From the NCBI GenBank assembly GCA_041666915.1, contig JBAYFZ010000001.1, positions 9,086-73,085 of the forward strand: 64,000 nt of DNA, in the 5' to 3' direction. Both the position numbers and the translations under genes were made by a program. Source of the stretch: Minisyncoccota bacterium (GTDB lineage: Bacteria; Patescibacteriota; Minisyncoccia; Phycocordibacterales; PALSA-1337). Shown here one piece after another: positions 36,703 through 46,411 of this stretch. Position 1 is the stretch's first letter. Each line of letters starts with the position of its first letter. The notes under the pieces are model-generated. The model saw only the letters and a list, made by a program, of their open reading frames with translations, was not told the origin of the DNA and made no database searches.

Positions 36703-37914
36703 TTACTTCAACCTAGATCTCCTCAAGAAAGCTGGTATTGCACCCCAATCATCATCTTCATCTTTGTTTTCTTTCGTAACCTCAATCTTTTTTGATTCAG
36801 TTTTCTCTACTAAGACAGGTTCTTTTCTTGGATCAAGTGGGGAATTGAATATTTTTCCTTTTTCTTGAGTACGTTTCATTATACTTGAAAGAGAAGATTC
36901 GGCTGGTGTTGAAGAGAGGACGTTGGAATGTTGAGCTGGTTTTTGTGCTAATGGTGCTGTTTCTGGAAAACCTGTAGCAATGACAGTTATCTTGATCTCA
37001 TTTTTCTTGAGCTTATCGTCGCGAACTGTACCGAAGATGATTTTGGCTTCAGGGTCAATGGACTCGGTAATAACTTTTGCAGCATCTTGGATTTCAAACA
37101 TTGTAAGATCTTCACCACCAGCGATAGAGAATAGGACACCTTTGGCTCCAGCGATGGAAACATCCAGAAGAGGGGAATTGATGGCAGCTTTGGCAGCTTC
37201 TATGGCGCGGTTTTCACCAGAGGCATTACCTATACCCATGAGAGCAGAACCAGCATTTTCCATGACAGTACGAATATCGGCGAAGTCTATATTGATGAGT
37301 CCGGGTGTAGTGATGAGGTCGGAGATACCTTCAACTGCTTGGCGCAAGATTTCATCACACATGTTAAAAGCGTTTTTGACGGTTGTCTCTTTGCCTATAG
37401 CAGATAGGAGGCGGTCGTTTGGAATAACAATGATAGCATCAACTTCTTTGCGAAGATCTTCAAGGGCAGCTTCAGCAATACGAGAACGTTGACGACCTTC
37501 AAAATAGAAAGGTTTTGTAACTACGGCAACCGTGAGGCAACCGAGTTCTTTTGCTGTTCTTGCAACGATAGGACTGGCACCACTACCAGTACCTCCACCT
37601 AGACCACAAGTAACAAAAACCATGTCAGCACCTTTGACTGTTTCTTGGACATCATCTTTTGTTTCCTCTACAGCACGACGGCCAAGGTCAGAATTCATAC
37701 CGGTACCTAGACCGCGAGTTAGATTTTTACCAATGTTGATGCGCTTTTTTGCTAGAGAACGATGGAGGTCTTGAGAATCTGTGTTGATGGCAATAAAATC
37801 TACGCCTCTGACTTTGGAAGCGATCATGTGGTTTACTGCATTGCCACCGGAGCCACCTACTCCAAGGACTTTAATTCTGGCAAATGCTTCAATATCGGGA
37901 GTTATGTTTGGCAT
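36703..37914 (-). CDS. ftsZ: cell division protein FtsZ
   Basis: 'GVGGSGGNAVNHM', tubulin signature 'GGGTGSGASPIVA', C-terminal conserved tail. Confidence 0.95.
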   Translation of the reverse strand: MPNITPDIEAFARIKVLGVGGSGGNAVNHMIASKVRGVDFIAINTDSQDLHRSLAKKRINIGKNLTRGLGTGMNSDLGRRAVEETKDDVQETVKGADMVFVTCGLGGGTGSGASPIVARTAKELGCLTVAVVTKPFYFEGRQRSRIAEAALEDLRKEVDAIIVIPNDRLLSAIGKETTVKNAFNMCDEILRQAVEGISDLITTPGLINIDFADIRTVMENAGSALMGIGNASGENRAIEAAKAAINSPLLDVSIAGAKGVLFSIAGGEDLTMFEIQDAAKVITESIDPEAKIIFGTVRDDKLKKNEIKITVIATGFPETAPLAQKPAQHSNVLSSTPAESSLSSIMKRTQEKGKIFNSPLDPRKEPVLVEKTESKKIEVTKENKDEDDDWGAIPAFLRRSRLK

Positions 37915-38157
37915 GATTTTTTCTTTTAATCTTAAATGAATTCTGGATTATTCCGAAGCGGTAGGCTCTGGGTTGTCCTTAGGTTGTATATTACCACAGG
38001 AGTTTCAAGATACAAGTAAAGAGGGCTTAGTAGAGCCGTATTAAGACATGACAAGTAGGAACCGTCAAAAGGATTGACTGATATGTCAAATTGTGTCAGA
38101 CTTTACAATAAATAGAATAGAAATAGGACATTAATAAAAGAAAGGAGAAGTTCGTTT

Positions 38158-38412
38158 ATGGCTAGATCATACCTAGTTGCTTTTAAGAGTGGTGAAATGA
38201 GATCTTACCGCGGCGTTGAGGCTGAAAGAGTGGATGTTAGCTTAGGGGGTCTTTCAGAAGAGTTAGTCATTCGGGAAATCGCTCTTGCGGTTGCTCAAAA
38301 AATAGGTGTTCCTGTCGAAACTGTAGTCATCAAGGATTATATCCCTGATTACGATGGTAATGCTGCCGGATTGAGAAGAGCTCTGATACGTGCTCATATG
38401 ATGCGTACTTAA
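38158..38412 (+). CDS. hypothetical small protein (84 aa)
   Basis: Good RBS 'aaaggagaagttcgtttATG'; followed by an intrinsic terminator; no family recognised. Confidence 0.4.
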   Translation: MARSYLVAFKSGEMRSYRGVEAERVDVSLGGLSEELVIREIALAVAQKIGVPVETVVIKDYIPDYDGNAAGLRRALIRAHMMRT

Positions 38413-38431
38413 AAAAAGTCATTTAAATTCA

Positions 38432-38467
38432 CCCCGCAATTTCCAAAAGGAGATTGCGGGATTTTTG
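38432..38467 (+). terminator. intrinsic terminator (CCCGCAAT-N12-ATTGCGGG plus ATTTTTG)
   Basis: Seen in sequence immediately after the 38158-38412 ORF. Confidence 0.7.
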
Positions 38468-38518
38468 ATGGTGGCGATTATCTTTACGGCGGTAGTACGT
38501 TTTTCTTTAAAGATTAGT

Positions 38519-38590
38519 GACCCCCTCCCCCCGGGGGAGGGGGTGTTTCCGTATTCGTTTGATTGATACCCCCTAGGGGGGAGGGGGTAT
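38519..38590. repeat. pair of G/C-tract palindromes (CCCCCTCCCCCCGGGGGAGGGGG and ATACCCCCT-AGGGGGG-AGGGGGTAT); four G5-6 runs on the plus strand
   Basis: Seen in sequence; exceptional G/C homopolymer tracts in an AT-rich genome. Confidence 0.6.
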
Positions 38591-38660
38591 CAAAGAGGTA
38601 TTACAAATAAGAAATGTTAATCGGGCGGGTATTCTTTTTCGTAATAGTAAGTACTAATTG

Positions 38661-38689
38661 AAAAGTGACGGATTTTTCGTCACTTTTTT
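38661..38689 (+). terminator. perfect hairpin AAAAGTGACG-gattttt-CGTCACTTTT followed by T-run
   Basis: Seen in sequence; could terminate a plus-strand RNA that includes the G/C palindromes. Confidence 0.55.
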
Positions 38690-38849
38690 GTAAGTGAGAA
38701 AAAGAGATATCTTAGATGTTTAGCTATGTTTAATGGTCATCAAAAAAACGCTTTGTCCAACCACGTTCATCTGACCGTATCCATCCAACGGTCGACGATA
38801 TTCTGTAACTATCTTAGTAGTCTTATCCTACACAAAGCTTACACAAAAT

Positions 38850-39419
38850 CTATGCAAACAAAAAAACTAGTATTGCTATCATTGTAATGAAAGTCTCAGC
38901 ATAGAAGGTCACTGACGTTAAGTATTCACTCTTCACATATTTCCAATAATAATTGAAACCACCAACTGTACCATTTGGTTTTGGACCTTCAATCTTTGTC
39001 TTTATGAGACAAAAGCTCTTATTAGAAAACGGCCATAACCAACGAATACCTGATTCTATAGAATCCAAAATAAAATGGGTCCATGTGCCGGCGAGGATCA
39101 GTAATCCCACAAAAGATATGAATGATGAATTAAAAATAAAACCAAAGATAGCGATTAACGCACTAATTCCTAACCAAAAAATAGGTGTGTGAGTTATATG
39201 TTCGCGATGAGAGTGAACTTTTGAATGTTTATGATTACGATTTTCTAAATAAAACCACGCAAGATCCAAATCCGGCAATTCACCAGCCAAAGTTCCAATT
39301 ATAAAAAGTACCGAAAGTTCGGTGGGTGAAAATGATGAAAAACCAGCTGTACTTGAAGACAGTGCCAATATTCCATATGTAGCCAAGTATCCGCCTGCAA
39401 GATGTCCGGGGAGAACCAT
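38850..39419 (-). CDS. membrane-bound metal-dependent hydrolase, YdjM/DUF457 family
   Basis: Polytopic; N-terminal 'LPGHLAGGYL' and His-rich loops 'HKHSKVHSHREHITH'. Confidence 0.55.
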   Translation of the reverse strand: MVLPGHLAGGYLATYGILALSSSTAGFSSFSPTELSVLFIIGTLAGELPDLDLAWFYLENRNHKHSKVHSHREHITHTPIFWLGISALIAIFGFIFNSSFISFVGLLILAGTWTHFILDSIESGIRWLWPFSNKSFCLIKTKIEGPKPNGTVGGFNYYWKYVKSEYLTSVTFYAETFITMIAILVFLFA

Positions 39420-39493
39420 ATTAGTTTTGTTTTTCAGACACCCTTACCATTAGCCGGCTGGTGTATGGTGGGGCATCTGGAGTAAGTTTAATA

Positions 39494-40693
39494 TTAAGGT
39501 AAGTACTGTCTTATTAAAAGTTTAACTTTTTTCCAAACGTTTCTTATGGCGACTTTGGTATTGTCTATCTCAGGACTTTCTTCGGTATGAAGGCCCCAGA
39601 GACATAGACCGTAAGCCACTGCCCAAGTAGCATCTTTGAATGAAGATTTGGAATCAAGGTGACCAATGGAACCAATACGTGAAGGCAATTTCAAAGAGAC
39701 TTTGGCTAATGTATCTATGGTATTTAGACCAGAACCTCCACCAGTAATGATGATACCAGCAGGAAGTAAACCATTTCTACCAATCTTCTTTAGGTGGGCC
39801 TCAATAAGTTCAAAAATATCAGAAAGGCGAGCAGCGATGATTTCCTCTAGTTTCTTTTTTGGATATGAACTGCCTGTGATGACGCCGATCTTGATTTGCT
39901 CAGCTTCTTCTAGTGGAACTTTGAGACCGAGGGCAATGTCATTTGTTATATCTGTAGAGCCGATAGGAAAGACTTCTAAAGATGTTGGAATATTATTTTC
40001 AAAGACGGCGATAGAGACGGTCTCGGCTCCGATATTTGCCAATACACAGCCTGCGATCTTTTGTGATTTGGTAAGAGTAACAAAACCTGCTGCTAAAGGT
40101 GCAGCCATGACATCTTCTACTTCTACACCAGTTTCATTGACTGCAGAGATGAGATCAGTAACATGATGGTCAAGACAAGTTATGAAGAGAGTTTTCTGTT
40201 CTATTTTATTACCCTTCATACCTTCGGGTGAACCTAGGGAAGGGAATCCATCTATTTTATATTGCAAAGGAATATCGTAAATGATTCTACGATTGGCTAT
40301 ATCTGCACGAGGAATATCTTTTTCACATTGTTCGTGAAGATTTTTGAGATCAAGACTAGTTATCTCTGCATCGGCACGAGATGTCATGACGAAACTGTTG
40401 ACGGTCGTACCAGCTAGACCTATTCCAGAAATACCTATAAAAGCTTTTTTGATTTTTAGATCAGCTTTTTCTTCGGCTATAGCTATAGCTTTTTCGATAC
40501 TGTTGGCAACATCGCGAACATTGGTTACGTAACCGTGTCTAAGTCCGCGAGATTCGGCCATGCCAGAAGCGATGATTTTTGGCATGCCTTTTTCGTTACG
40601 ATCTTTGACACTAGCGATAACAACCTTCACGTAGTAAGTTCCTATATCTATTCCGGTTATTATATTTCTGGACATAATTAGAAAGATGTTCAA
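39494..40693 (-). CDS. ftsA: cell division protein FtsA
   Basis: Actin-fold 'ITGIDIGTYYVKVVIASV', '...IITGGGSGL', SHS2 insert. Start is probably the Met at 40672. Confidence 0.85.
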   Translation of the reverse strand: MNIFLIMSRNIITGIDIGTYYVKVVIASVKDRNEKGMPKIIASGMAESRGLRHGYVTNVRDVANSIEKAIAIAEEKADLKIKKAFIGISGIGLAGTTVNSFVMTSRADAEITSLDLKNLHEQCEKDIPRADIANRRIIYDIPLQYKIDGFPSLGSPEGMKGNKIEQKTLFITCLDHHVTDLISAVNETGVEVEDVMAAPLAAGFVTLTKSQKIAGCVLANIGAETVSIAVFENNIPTSLEVFPIGSTDITNDIALGLKVPLEEAEQIKIGVITGSSYPKKKLEEIIAARLSDIFELIEAHLKKIGRNGLLPAGIIITGGGSGLNTIDTLAKVSLKLPSRIGSIGHLDSKSSFKDATWAVAYGLCLWGLHTEESPEIDNTKVAIRNVWKKVKLLIRQYLP

Positions 40694-40719
40694 ATTGCGT
40701 CCAAATAACTCAAGTCTTT

Positions 40720-41103
40720 TTAGACTTTAAATTGTTTGCGCAAATCAACCTCTATGTCTTCCATTGTACTACTATGGTCGTATCCTTTCAAATGAACACA
40801 ACCGTGGATAAAGAGAAAAGCTAAGAAATTTTCAAAAGTCCTTTCAAATTTTACCGCTTCTTTTTTCGTTTCGGCTAAAGAGATATAGATTTCTCCTTCA
40901 TTATCTGAAATAGGGAAACTCAGGATATCGGTAGGATATTCTTTGTCACGATATATGGTATTGAGTTTCTCTATCTGCTTTGAAGTAGTGATAATCAGAT
41001 TTAAAGAGTATTTTTTACCCAAAGAAGCTTCCTTTATTGCTTGAAAAGGAAGCTTTGGAAGCTCAGATGTAGTTTCGTTTATGATTGAAAAAGTCTTAGA
41101 CAC
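40720..41103 (-). CDS. ybeY: rRNA maturation endoribonuclease YbeY
   Basis: Metal-binding motif 'HGCVHLKGYDH'. Confidence 0.85.
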   Translation of the reverse strand: MSKTFSIINETTSELPKLPFQAIKEASLGKKYSLNLIITTSKQIEKLNTIYRDKEYPTDILSFPISDNEGEIYISLAETKKEAVKFERTFENFLAFLFIHGCVHLKGYDHSSTMEDIEVDLRKQFKV

Positions 41104-41108
41104 AACCT

Positions 41109-41363
41109 TTACTTTTTCTTGGCACCTCTCTCTGCTTTGACTGGAGCTTTGCCTAGTTTGATGAGTTCGGCCATGTTCTCACGGCGCTTCATGAGAGTAA
41201 GAGCGCGTTGTTTGACTTTGTATTTTGATTGGACACGAGTGCTAGAACGGAGGCTTCTAACGCGAGGAATAATACCGGAACCTTGTACTTTACGGGTAAA
41301 ACGGCGAATAACACCCATGGCGTTCTCACCAGCATTCTTTGTTACTTCAACATTTATCATGGA
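41109..41363 (-). CDS. rpsU: probable 30S ribosomal protein bS21
   Basis: 'MINVEVTKNAGENAMGVIRRFTRKVQGSGIIPRVRS...' fits the S21 pattern (VxVxxNExxExALRRFKRxxxxxGIL) with a K/R-rich tail. Start chosen at the internal Met. Confidence 0.55.
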   Translation of the reverse strand, partial: SMINVEVTKNAGENAMGVIRRFTRKVQGSGIIPRVRSLRSSTRVQSKYKVKQRALTLMKRRENMAELIKLGKAPVKAERGAKKK

Positions 41364-41400
41364 AAAAGAATAGCATGAAGAAGAAAATAGCGCAAATTCC

Positions 41401-42663
41401 TTACTTCTTATTATGTTTAGCCTCAATACTTTTCATGTATTTTGGCAATTCTTCCAAAGAGATAATATCTTGAGAATGGGTATCATTTTTACGTACGATA
41501 GCTGTTCGTTCTACGGCTTCTTTTTTGCCAACCACAATGACGTAAGGAGTGTTGTATTTTTCTACAGATGATACTTGGGCACCAAGTCTATCTTTGGCCA
41601 ACGATAGATATAGAGGGATCTTGACTTGACGAAGACTTTCAATGATTTCAAGGGAAATAAGTTTTGATTGAAGACCAAGCTGGACGAAAGAAGCGATAGG
41701 TTTTTTGGTTTTTGTTATAGGTTTGCGTAGACCGTTTTTGCTCTCTTTGATGAGAAGGGATATGCCAACTCCTGGGATGTCTCGCTTCATAGCTAGACGT
41801 TTTGCTAGATTGTTGTAACGCATACCGACAGCCAAGATATGATCACTCTTTGTTGTCTTGTCATTGTTGAGGATTGTGAAGATCGTCTCGGTCCAATATT
41901 TGCGATTACCCAAAAGACCGTTGTTTACTGTGTAAGGTATTTTCAAAGCTTCAAAAAATTCTAAGATTTCTTCCAAATGTTGACGACCACTTTCTGAAAG
42001 GAAATCCATCGCACGTGGAGCTTTGCTATTTAATTCCTGACAATCTTTGTCGTGGCAAGCTAGAAGTTCAAAAGCATCTTTCTTGAAAAGCTCACGACTA
42101 TTGGTGGACATCTCATTTATGTGTTTGCGGTAGTAAGCAGTAAGTTCTCTAGAGAAACGACCGAGGGAGTCACGGTCTCCTATAGAATTTATTTCTACGG
42201 TAGTAGAAGTATAACCTTCTTCGGCTAGCATCATTCTGGCTGTCTGGATGAGAGTTGCCTCTGCAATAGGTCCAGAAGGTCCTAGGATTTCTAGATCAGC
42301 GTATCTGTGTGCACCAGAACCTCTGCAAGAATCTTTGAAATAAAGCATTACTGGTTGAGGGGCAGAATGCATGTTTAGCTCGTGGTATGTACGAATAAGA
42401 GCTATTTTTTCTTCTACGTGTAAAGGTAACCTTTTATGATTTTCAGTTTCATCGTCTATGTAGTCATTACCAATGATATCTTTTACAGCATCAAGATCAG
42501 CTTTGCCTATTGAAGGACTTTTTATAGGTGTAAATCCGTAGTACACAGCAACTTCTCCAATCTTATCTAAATGGTCATGAGCAATAAATTTTGAGCCACT
42601 TGATTCATTTTTTTTATTTTTGTTCATGTTTTTGTCTGTTAATTGATTATTGATTATATTCAC
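41401..42663 (-). CDS. HisRS-like class II aaRS paralog with degenerate motif 2 (HisZ-like) and C-terminal anticodon-binding-type domain
   Basis: 'LYFKDSCRGSGAHRYADLEILGPSGPIAEATLI' aligns to HisRS motif 2 ('[27 protein letters not shown]') but lacks the Arg residues. C-terminus 'YVIVVGKKEAVERTAIVRKNDTHSQ'. Confidence 0.5.
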   Translation of the reverse strand: MNIINNQLTDKNMNKNKKNESSGSKFIAHDHLDKIGEVAVYYGFTPIKSPSIGKADLDAVKDIIGNDYIDDETENHKRLPLHVEEKIALIRTYHELNMHSAPQPVMLYFKDSCRGSGAHRYADLEILGPSGPIAEATLIQTARMMLAEEGYTSTTVEINSIGDRDSLGRFSRELTAYYRKHINEMSTNSRELFKKDAFELLACHDKDCQELNSKAPRAMDFLSESGRQHLEEILEFFEALKIPYTVNNGLLGNRKYWTETIFTILNNDKTTKSDHILAVGMRYNNLAKRLAMKRDIPGVGISLLIKESKNGLRKPITKTKKPIASFVQLGLQSKLISLEIIESLRQVKIPLYLSLAKDRLGAQVSSVEKYNTPYVIVVGKKEAVERTAIVRKNDTHSQDIISLEELPKYMKSIEAKHNKK

Positions 42664-43285
42664 CAGGTAATATTGACATAGTAGTTATTGGTAAAAGCCT
42701 AACAATAGGTCTACCTACTATGTAATGTTTATCTAGAGGTCCCCACAATCTAGAATCTGAACTCTCTGCGCGATTGTCTCCCATGACGAAATATTCCGTA
42801 GGTCCGAGATTTGTGTGGAATGTGTCGTATGAGCGGTGAATGCTTTTTACATAAGGTTCTTTCAAAACTGTTTGATTGTTTGGAATTGTAGAAGTTGAAG
42901 AAGGGTTGCTTATTGTGATAGTCCCATCTTTTATATCTAGAGTTTCTCCAGGTAAACCAATGATACGTTTGATGTAATAAGTACTTGGATTGTTGGGATA
43001 TTCAAAGACAATCACATCTCCACGCGATGGCGCTTCAAGACGATATGTTAGACGATCAACAATGAGAAATTGTCCCGTAGCGAAAGTTGGGTCCATAGAA
43101 GCACCGTTTACAATGAAAGGTTCCGCAATAAAGAAACGGATCGGAAGAGATATGAGTAGGGCAATGACTATAACTTGTATCCACTCGCGAACATCGTCCC
43201 AAAATGTCTTTTTAATGATAACGACTGGAGTATTAGTGGTAGAAAGATTGTCTGAAGGCTCCATGATTAGGCCATTATAGTACAA
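42647..43285 (-). CDS. lepB: signal peptidase I
   Basis: 'VNGASMDPTF' (catalytic Ser box), 'YIKRIIGLPGETL' (Lys box), 'GDNRAESSDSR'. Confidence 0.85.
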   Translation of the reverse strand: MYYNGLIMEPSDNLSTTNTPVVIIKKTFWDDVREWIQVIVIALLISLPIRFFIAEPFIVNGASMDPTFATGQFLIVDRLTYRLEAPSRGDVIVFEYPNNPSTYYIKRIIGLPGETLDIKDGTITISNPSSTSTIPNNQTVLKEPYVKSIHRSYDTFHTNLGPTEYFVMGDNRAESSDSRLWGPLDKHYIVGRPIVRLLPITTMSILPGEYNQ

Positions 43286-43332
43286 AAAACGGTTTTACAC
43301 AAATCGTCTTTTATTCTATACTGTTTTGTATT

Positions 43333-43926
43333 ATGCCTTACATTATTGCAGGTCTAGGGAATCCAGGAGAAGAATATGAGAATACACGACATAATACAGG
43401 TCGTATGATTCTTGATTTTGTTGTAAAAGAATATGGTGATGAATTTGAATTTAATAAAAAGCTAAATTCAAAAGTTTGTCAGGCGAAAATCGGAAAAGAA
43501 AAAGCTACACTAATTGCTCCAGAAACTTTTATGAATCTTTCTGGTAAAGCTATTGCTCCACTTGTAAAAAGTGTCAAAGCGGCAGAAAAATTGATCGTTA
43601 TTTATGATGATTTTAGTTTACCTTTGGGTCGTATGAGGATTTCGTATAACAGGAGTTCTGGTGGACACAATGGCTTGGAGTCCATCATCAAAGCTGTGAA
43701 GACAGAAGCTTTTTTGCGTATTCGTATCGGTACTGCTCCAGAAAATGCAAAAGGTAATGCTAAACTCATAAACGGCGAAGATAAAATTGAAAAATTTATT
43801 CTTGGAAAATTCAAAGATGATGAATTGAAAGAATTGAAAGCTGTAGGGAAGAGAGTTACCGAAGCGGTTCTTACAATAATCAAAGAGGGAAGGGAAAAGG
43901 CTATGAGTGTTTACAATGGGATGTAA
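43333..43926 (+). CDS. pth: peptidyl-tRNA hydrolase
   Basis: 'IIAGLGNPGEEYENTRHNTG', 'GGHNGLESI'. Confidence 0.9.
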   Translation: MPYIIAGLGNPGEEYENTRHNTGRMILDFVVKEYGDEFEFNKKLNSKVCQAKIGKEKATLIAPETFMNLSGKAIAPLVKSVKAAEKLIVIYDDFSLPLGRMRISYNRSSGGHNGLESIIKAVKTEAFLRIRIGTAPENAKGNAKLINGEDKIEKFILGKFKDDELKELKAVGKRVTEAVLTIIKEGREKAMSVYNGM

Positions 43927-43984
43927 CAAAAAACAGCATTGCCTAAAAGGTATGCTGTTTTGAATTCGGCATTAACGCCTCCTA

Positions 43985-44230
43985 TTAGTCTGCCACACAA
44001 GCGTGAGCCGTGTCGCATCCTCGACTGAAAACTAATCCACAACGTGGGCATGTTTTCGGATCATCTTCCTTTTTTACAGGAATTTCCGTCTCATTACCAA
44101 GAGTGTGTTTTTGTGAATAATCGCCAAACAATCCTCCGTCTTCATCAGCCAACATCCTCGCCATAAGGATTTGGCTGTTGAAACTTTTTGACATAAGATT
44201 CCTTTCTCCAGTCCGATGAAATATTAGCAT
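43985..44230 (-). CDS. small zinc-ribbon protein (81 aa), paralog A of the pair flanking the pyr island
   Basis: C-terminus 'KTCPRCGLVFSRGCDTAHACVAD*'; homologous to ORF 48202-48447. Alternative start Met at 44194. Confidence 0.45.
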   Translation of the reverse strand: MLIFHRTGERNLMSKSFNSQILMARMLADEDGGLFGDYSQKHTLGNETEIPVKKEDDPKTCPRCGLVFSRGCDTAHACVAD

Positions 44231-44395
44231 TATCTTTGATAGTGTTCAATATTTAATTGTTGGTGTAGCTTGATTGACTACCAAATAATTTTGTTGTAGG
44301 GTCTTAAAAGAATCGATAAATCGATAAAGCCAAAAGCACGGCTCAGTGTGCTCATTTGAACATTAAAATAAATCAACAGACTGGAGAACTTTCTA

Positions 44396-45265
44396 ATGAT
44401 AACTCTTTCAAACGGTCACGCGTTCAACTATATGGTTGCAAGCGGGGCTCTCGCCTTTGATGGTAAAGGCTGGCTTTGGGAACGACCACTGGTGTGGCTC
44501 GGTCTCATTAAACCTGAACTCTTCACTGTAGTGATCAAATCTTTGACTCGTAATCCGCGTCAAGGAAATCTTCGATGGTGGAAACCTTGGGCTTGCGTTC
44601 GTCTGATCCCTGGTGGTTCGGTCAATAAAGTAGGACTTACAAATCCCGGTATTGAATGGTGGTGTAGGGAAGTTGGTCCTAATATTGATTTTCAAAAGTT
44701 TCCGACAGCCGGATCAATTTTCGGTGATGAAAGAGAACTTGTGGAAATGGCAGAGATGCTCAATCGCTTCGATCTTGTTGCGCTTGAAGTCAACGTCTCA
44801 TGTCCAAACACTGGTCATGCTATGGAAATGGTAGAAATGGTTGTGAACAGTGTGAAGGCAGTCAAACGTGTTTCGCGTCATCCCGTCATTGTCAAAGTCT
44901 CGGCTGATCAGGACTATCTCACTATTGTACGTGGACTTGTTGGAATTGTGGAAGCAGTTTCACTCAATAGCGTACCTTGGAAGACAGTTTTTACTAACGG
45001 CGAGCAAACACCTTTGTGGAAGCTCGAGAAACAAGTCGGTGGTGGAGGCGGAGGCGTCTCTGGCAAACCGGCACAGAAGTACAACTGGCCAGCAGTCGAA
45101 GCTCTTGCAAAACAAGGATCGCTCCCAGTGATCGGTCCAAGTGTCATGGAATTTGAAGATATGGAAAAACTCCGGAGACTCGGCGCGAAAGCGATCGGCT
45201 TCGGTGCAATTCATTTACGGACTCCATGGAAGCCAACAGCAATCGTCAGAAAGGAAGACTTATGA
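44396..45265 (+). CDS. pyrD: dihydroorotate dehydrogenase (class 1 PyrD-type catalytic subunit)
   Basis: 'VGLTNPG', 'LEVNVSCPNT', 'GGGGGVSGKP', 'VIGPSVME' family blocks. Confidence 0.8.
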   Translation: MITLSNGHAFNYMVASGALAFDGKGWLWERPLVWLGLIKPELFTVVIKSLTRNPRQGNLRWWKPWACVRLIPGGSVNKVGLTNPGIEWWCREVGPNIDFQKFPTAGSIFGDERELVEMAEMLNRFDLVALEVNVSCPNTGHAMEMVEMVVNSVKAVKRVSRHPVIVKVSADQDYLTIVRGLVGIVEAVSLNSVPWKTVFTNGEQTPLWKLEKQVGGGGGGVSGKPAQKYNWPAVEALAKQGSLPVIGPSVMEFEDMEKLRRLGAKAIGFGAIHLRTPWKPTAIVRKEDL

Positions 45266-46359
45266 AAGAGAACTCAGTAACAATACCTCGGTGGTTTGAT
45301 CGCCACCTCCACATCCGCGATGGTGAGATGATGAAAATGGTCCTTCCGTCTACGCTTAAACAGCGTGCAACGGGAGCGATTATCATGCCGAATCTAACAA
45401 GTCCAATCTCTACGATTGAGAAAGCGAAAGCCTATCGAAAACGTATTGATGAGGTTAGAAGTGGTTATTTTATGAATCGCATTCCATTCATTGGTAATGG
45501 TGAAAATCAATTCATGCCGTGTATGACTTGTTATCTCACGGACGATACAAGTCCAGAAGAAGTCGTACGTGGATTCAAAGATGGTGTCTGGCGAGCAGTG
45601 AAACTCTATATGGCCAATCAAAAAGGTCAAGGTGGAACTACTGGTTCAGCACATGGTGTGAGGAATCTTCTTGGTCGCTATCCAGTGTTTGAAGCAATGG
45701 AGAAATATAAAATTCCATTGCTCGGACACTTTGAAGCGGTTGAAGAAAATGTTGACGAATTTGATCGCGAGATCGTTTCCGTTGATCGTGATCTCAAGCC
45801 CATCCTCAGGTCCTTTCCAGGATTGCCGGTGGTCTTTGAACATATCACTGACGGACGTGCAGCCGAATTCGTTTCATTAGCTCCGGCACTTGGCTATGAA
45901 GAAGTATATGCCACCGTGACGGCTCATCACCTCATGATCAATCGTAATGCGATGTTTTGGGGTGGTATGAATCCCGGTCACTATTGCAAGCCTGTACCGA
46001 AGCGTGAAATACATCGGCAACGCATTCGTGAATATGTAACTTCGGGTCATCCTCGTTTTGGAGCAGGAACAGATTCCGCCCCTCATGATGAAAGCGTTAA
46101 GTCTCGTTGCTACGGTTGCGCGGCTGGCATATTCACTGCCTCATCGGCCGTCGAGCTTTATGCGACCGTCTTTGACGAAGAAAACGCACTTGAACATCTC
46201 GGTCCGTTTCTTTCTGAAAACTTCCTTGGAATTTATGGTATGGAAGTGAGTTCGGAGACGATGACGATTGAACGTACTGCTCTGATGGTTCCAAAGAAAG
46301 TTGGTTCTGTTCAGGTTTTCACAGGAGGTACGGAACTTCCTTGGAAACTCGTTGGTTAA
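45262..46359 (+). CDS. pyrC: dihydroorotase (E. coli-type, class II)
   Basis: Colinear with E. coli PyrC: 'FDRHLHIRDG', 'MPNL', 'TCYLTD', 'VFEHIT', 'YCKPVPKREIHRQ', 'GTDSAPH', 'CYGCAAGIFTA'. ATGA overlap with pyrD stop. Confidence 0.9.
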   Translation: MKENSVTIPRWFDRHLHIRDGEMMKMVLPSTLKQRATGAIIMPNLTSPISTIEKAKAYRKRIDEVRSGYFMNRIPFIGNGENQFMPCMTCYLTDDTSPEEVVRGFKDGVWRAVKLYMANQKGQGGTTGSAHGVRNLLGRYPVFEAMEKYKIPLLGHFEAVEENVDEFDREIVSVDRDLKPILRSFPGLPVVFEHITDGRAAEFVSLAPALGYEEVYATVTAHHLMINRNAMFWGGMNPGHYCKPVPKREIHRQRIREYVTSGHPRFGAGTDSAPHDESVKSRCYGCAAGIFTASSAVELYATVFDEENALEHLGPFLSENFLGIYGMEVSSETMTIERTALMVPKKVGSVQVFTGGTELPWKLVG

Positions 46360-46373
46360 GATTAAAAACAACT

Positions 46374-46411
46374 CAGCCCTGACACTTAATTGTTGTCGGG
46401 GCTGATTTTTT
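46374..46411 (+). terminator. intrinsic terminator after pyrC
   Basis: 'CAGCCCTGACActtaattgtTGTCGGGGCTGattttttg'. Confidence 0.7.
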
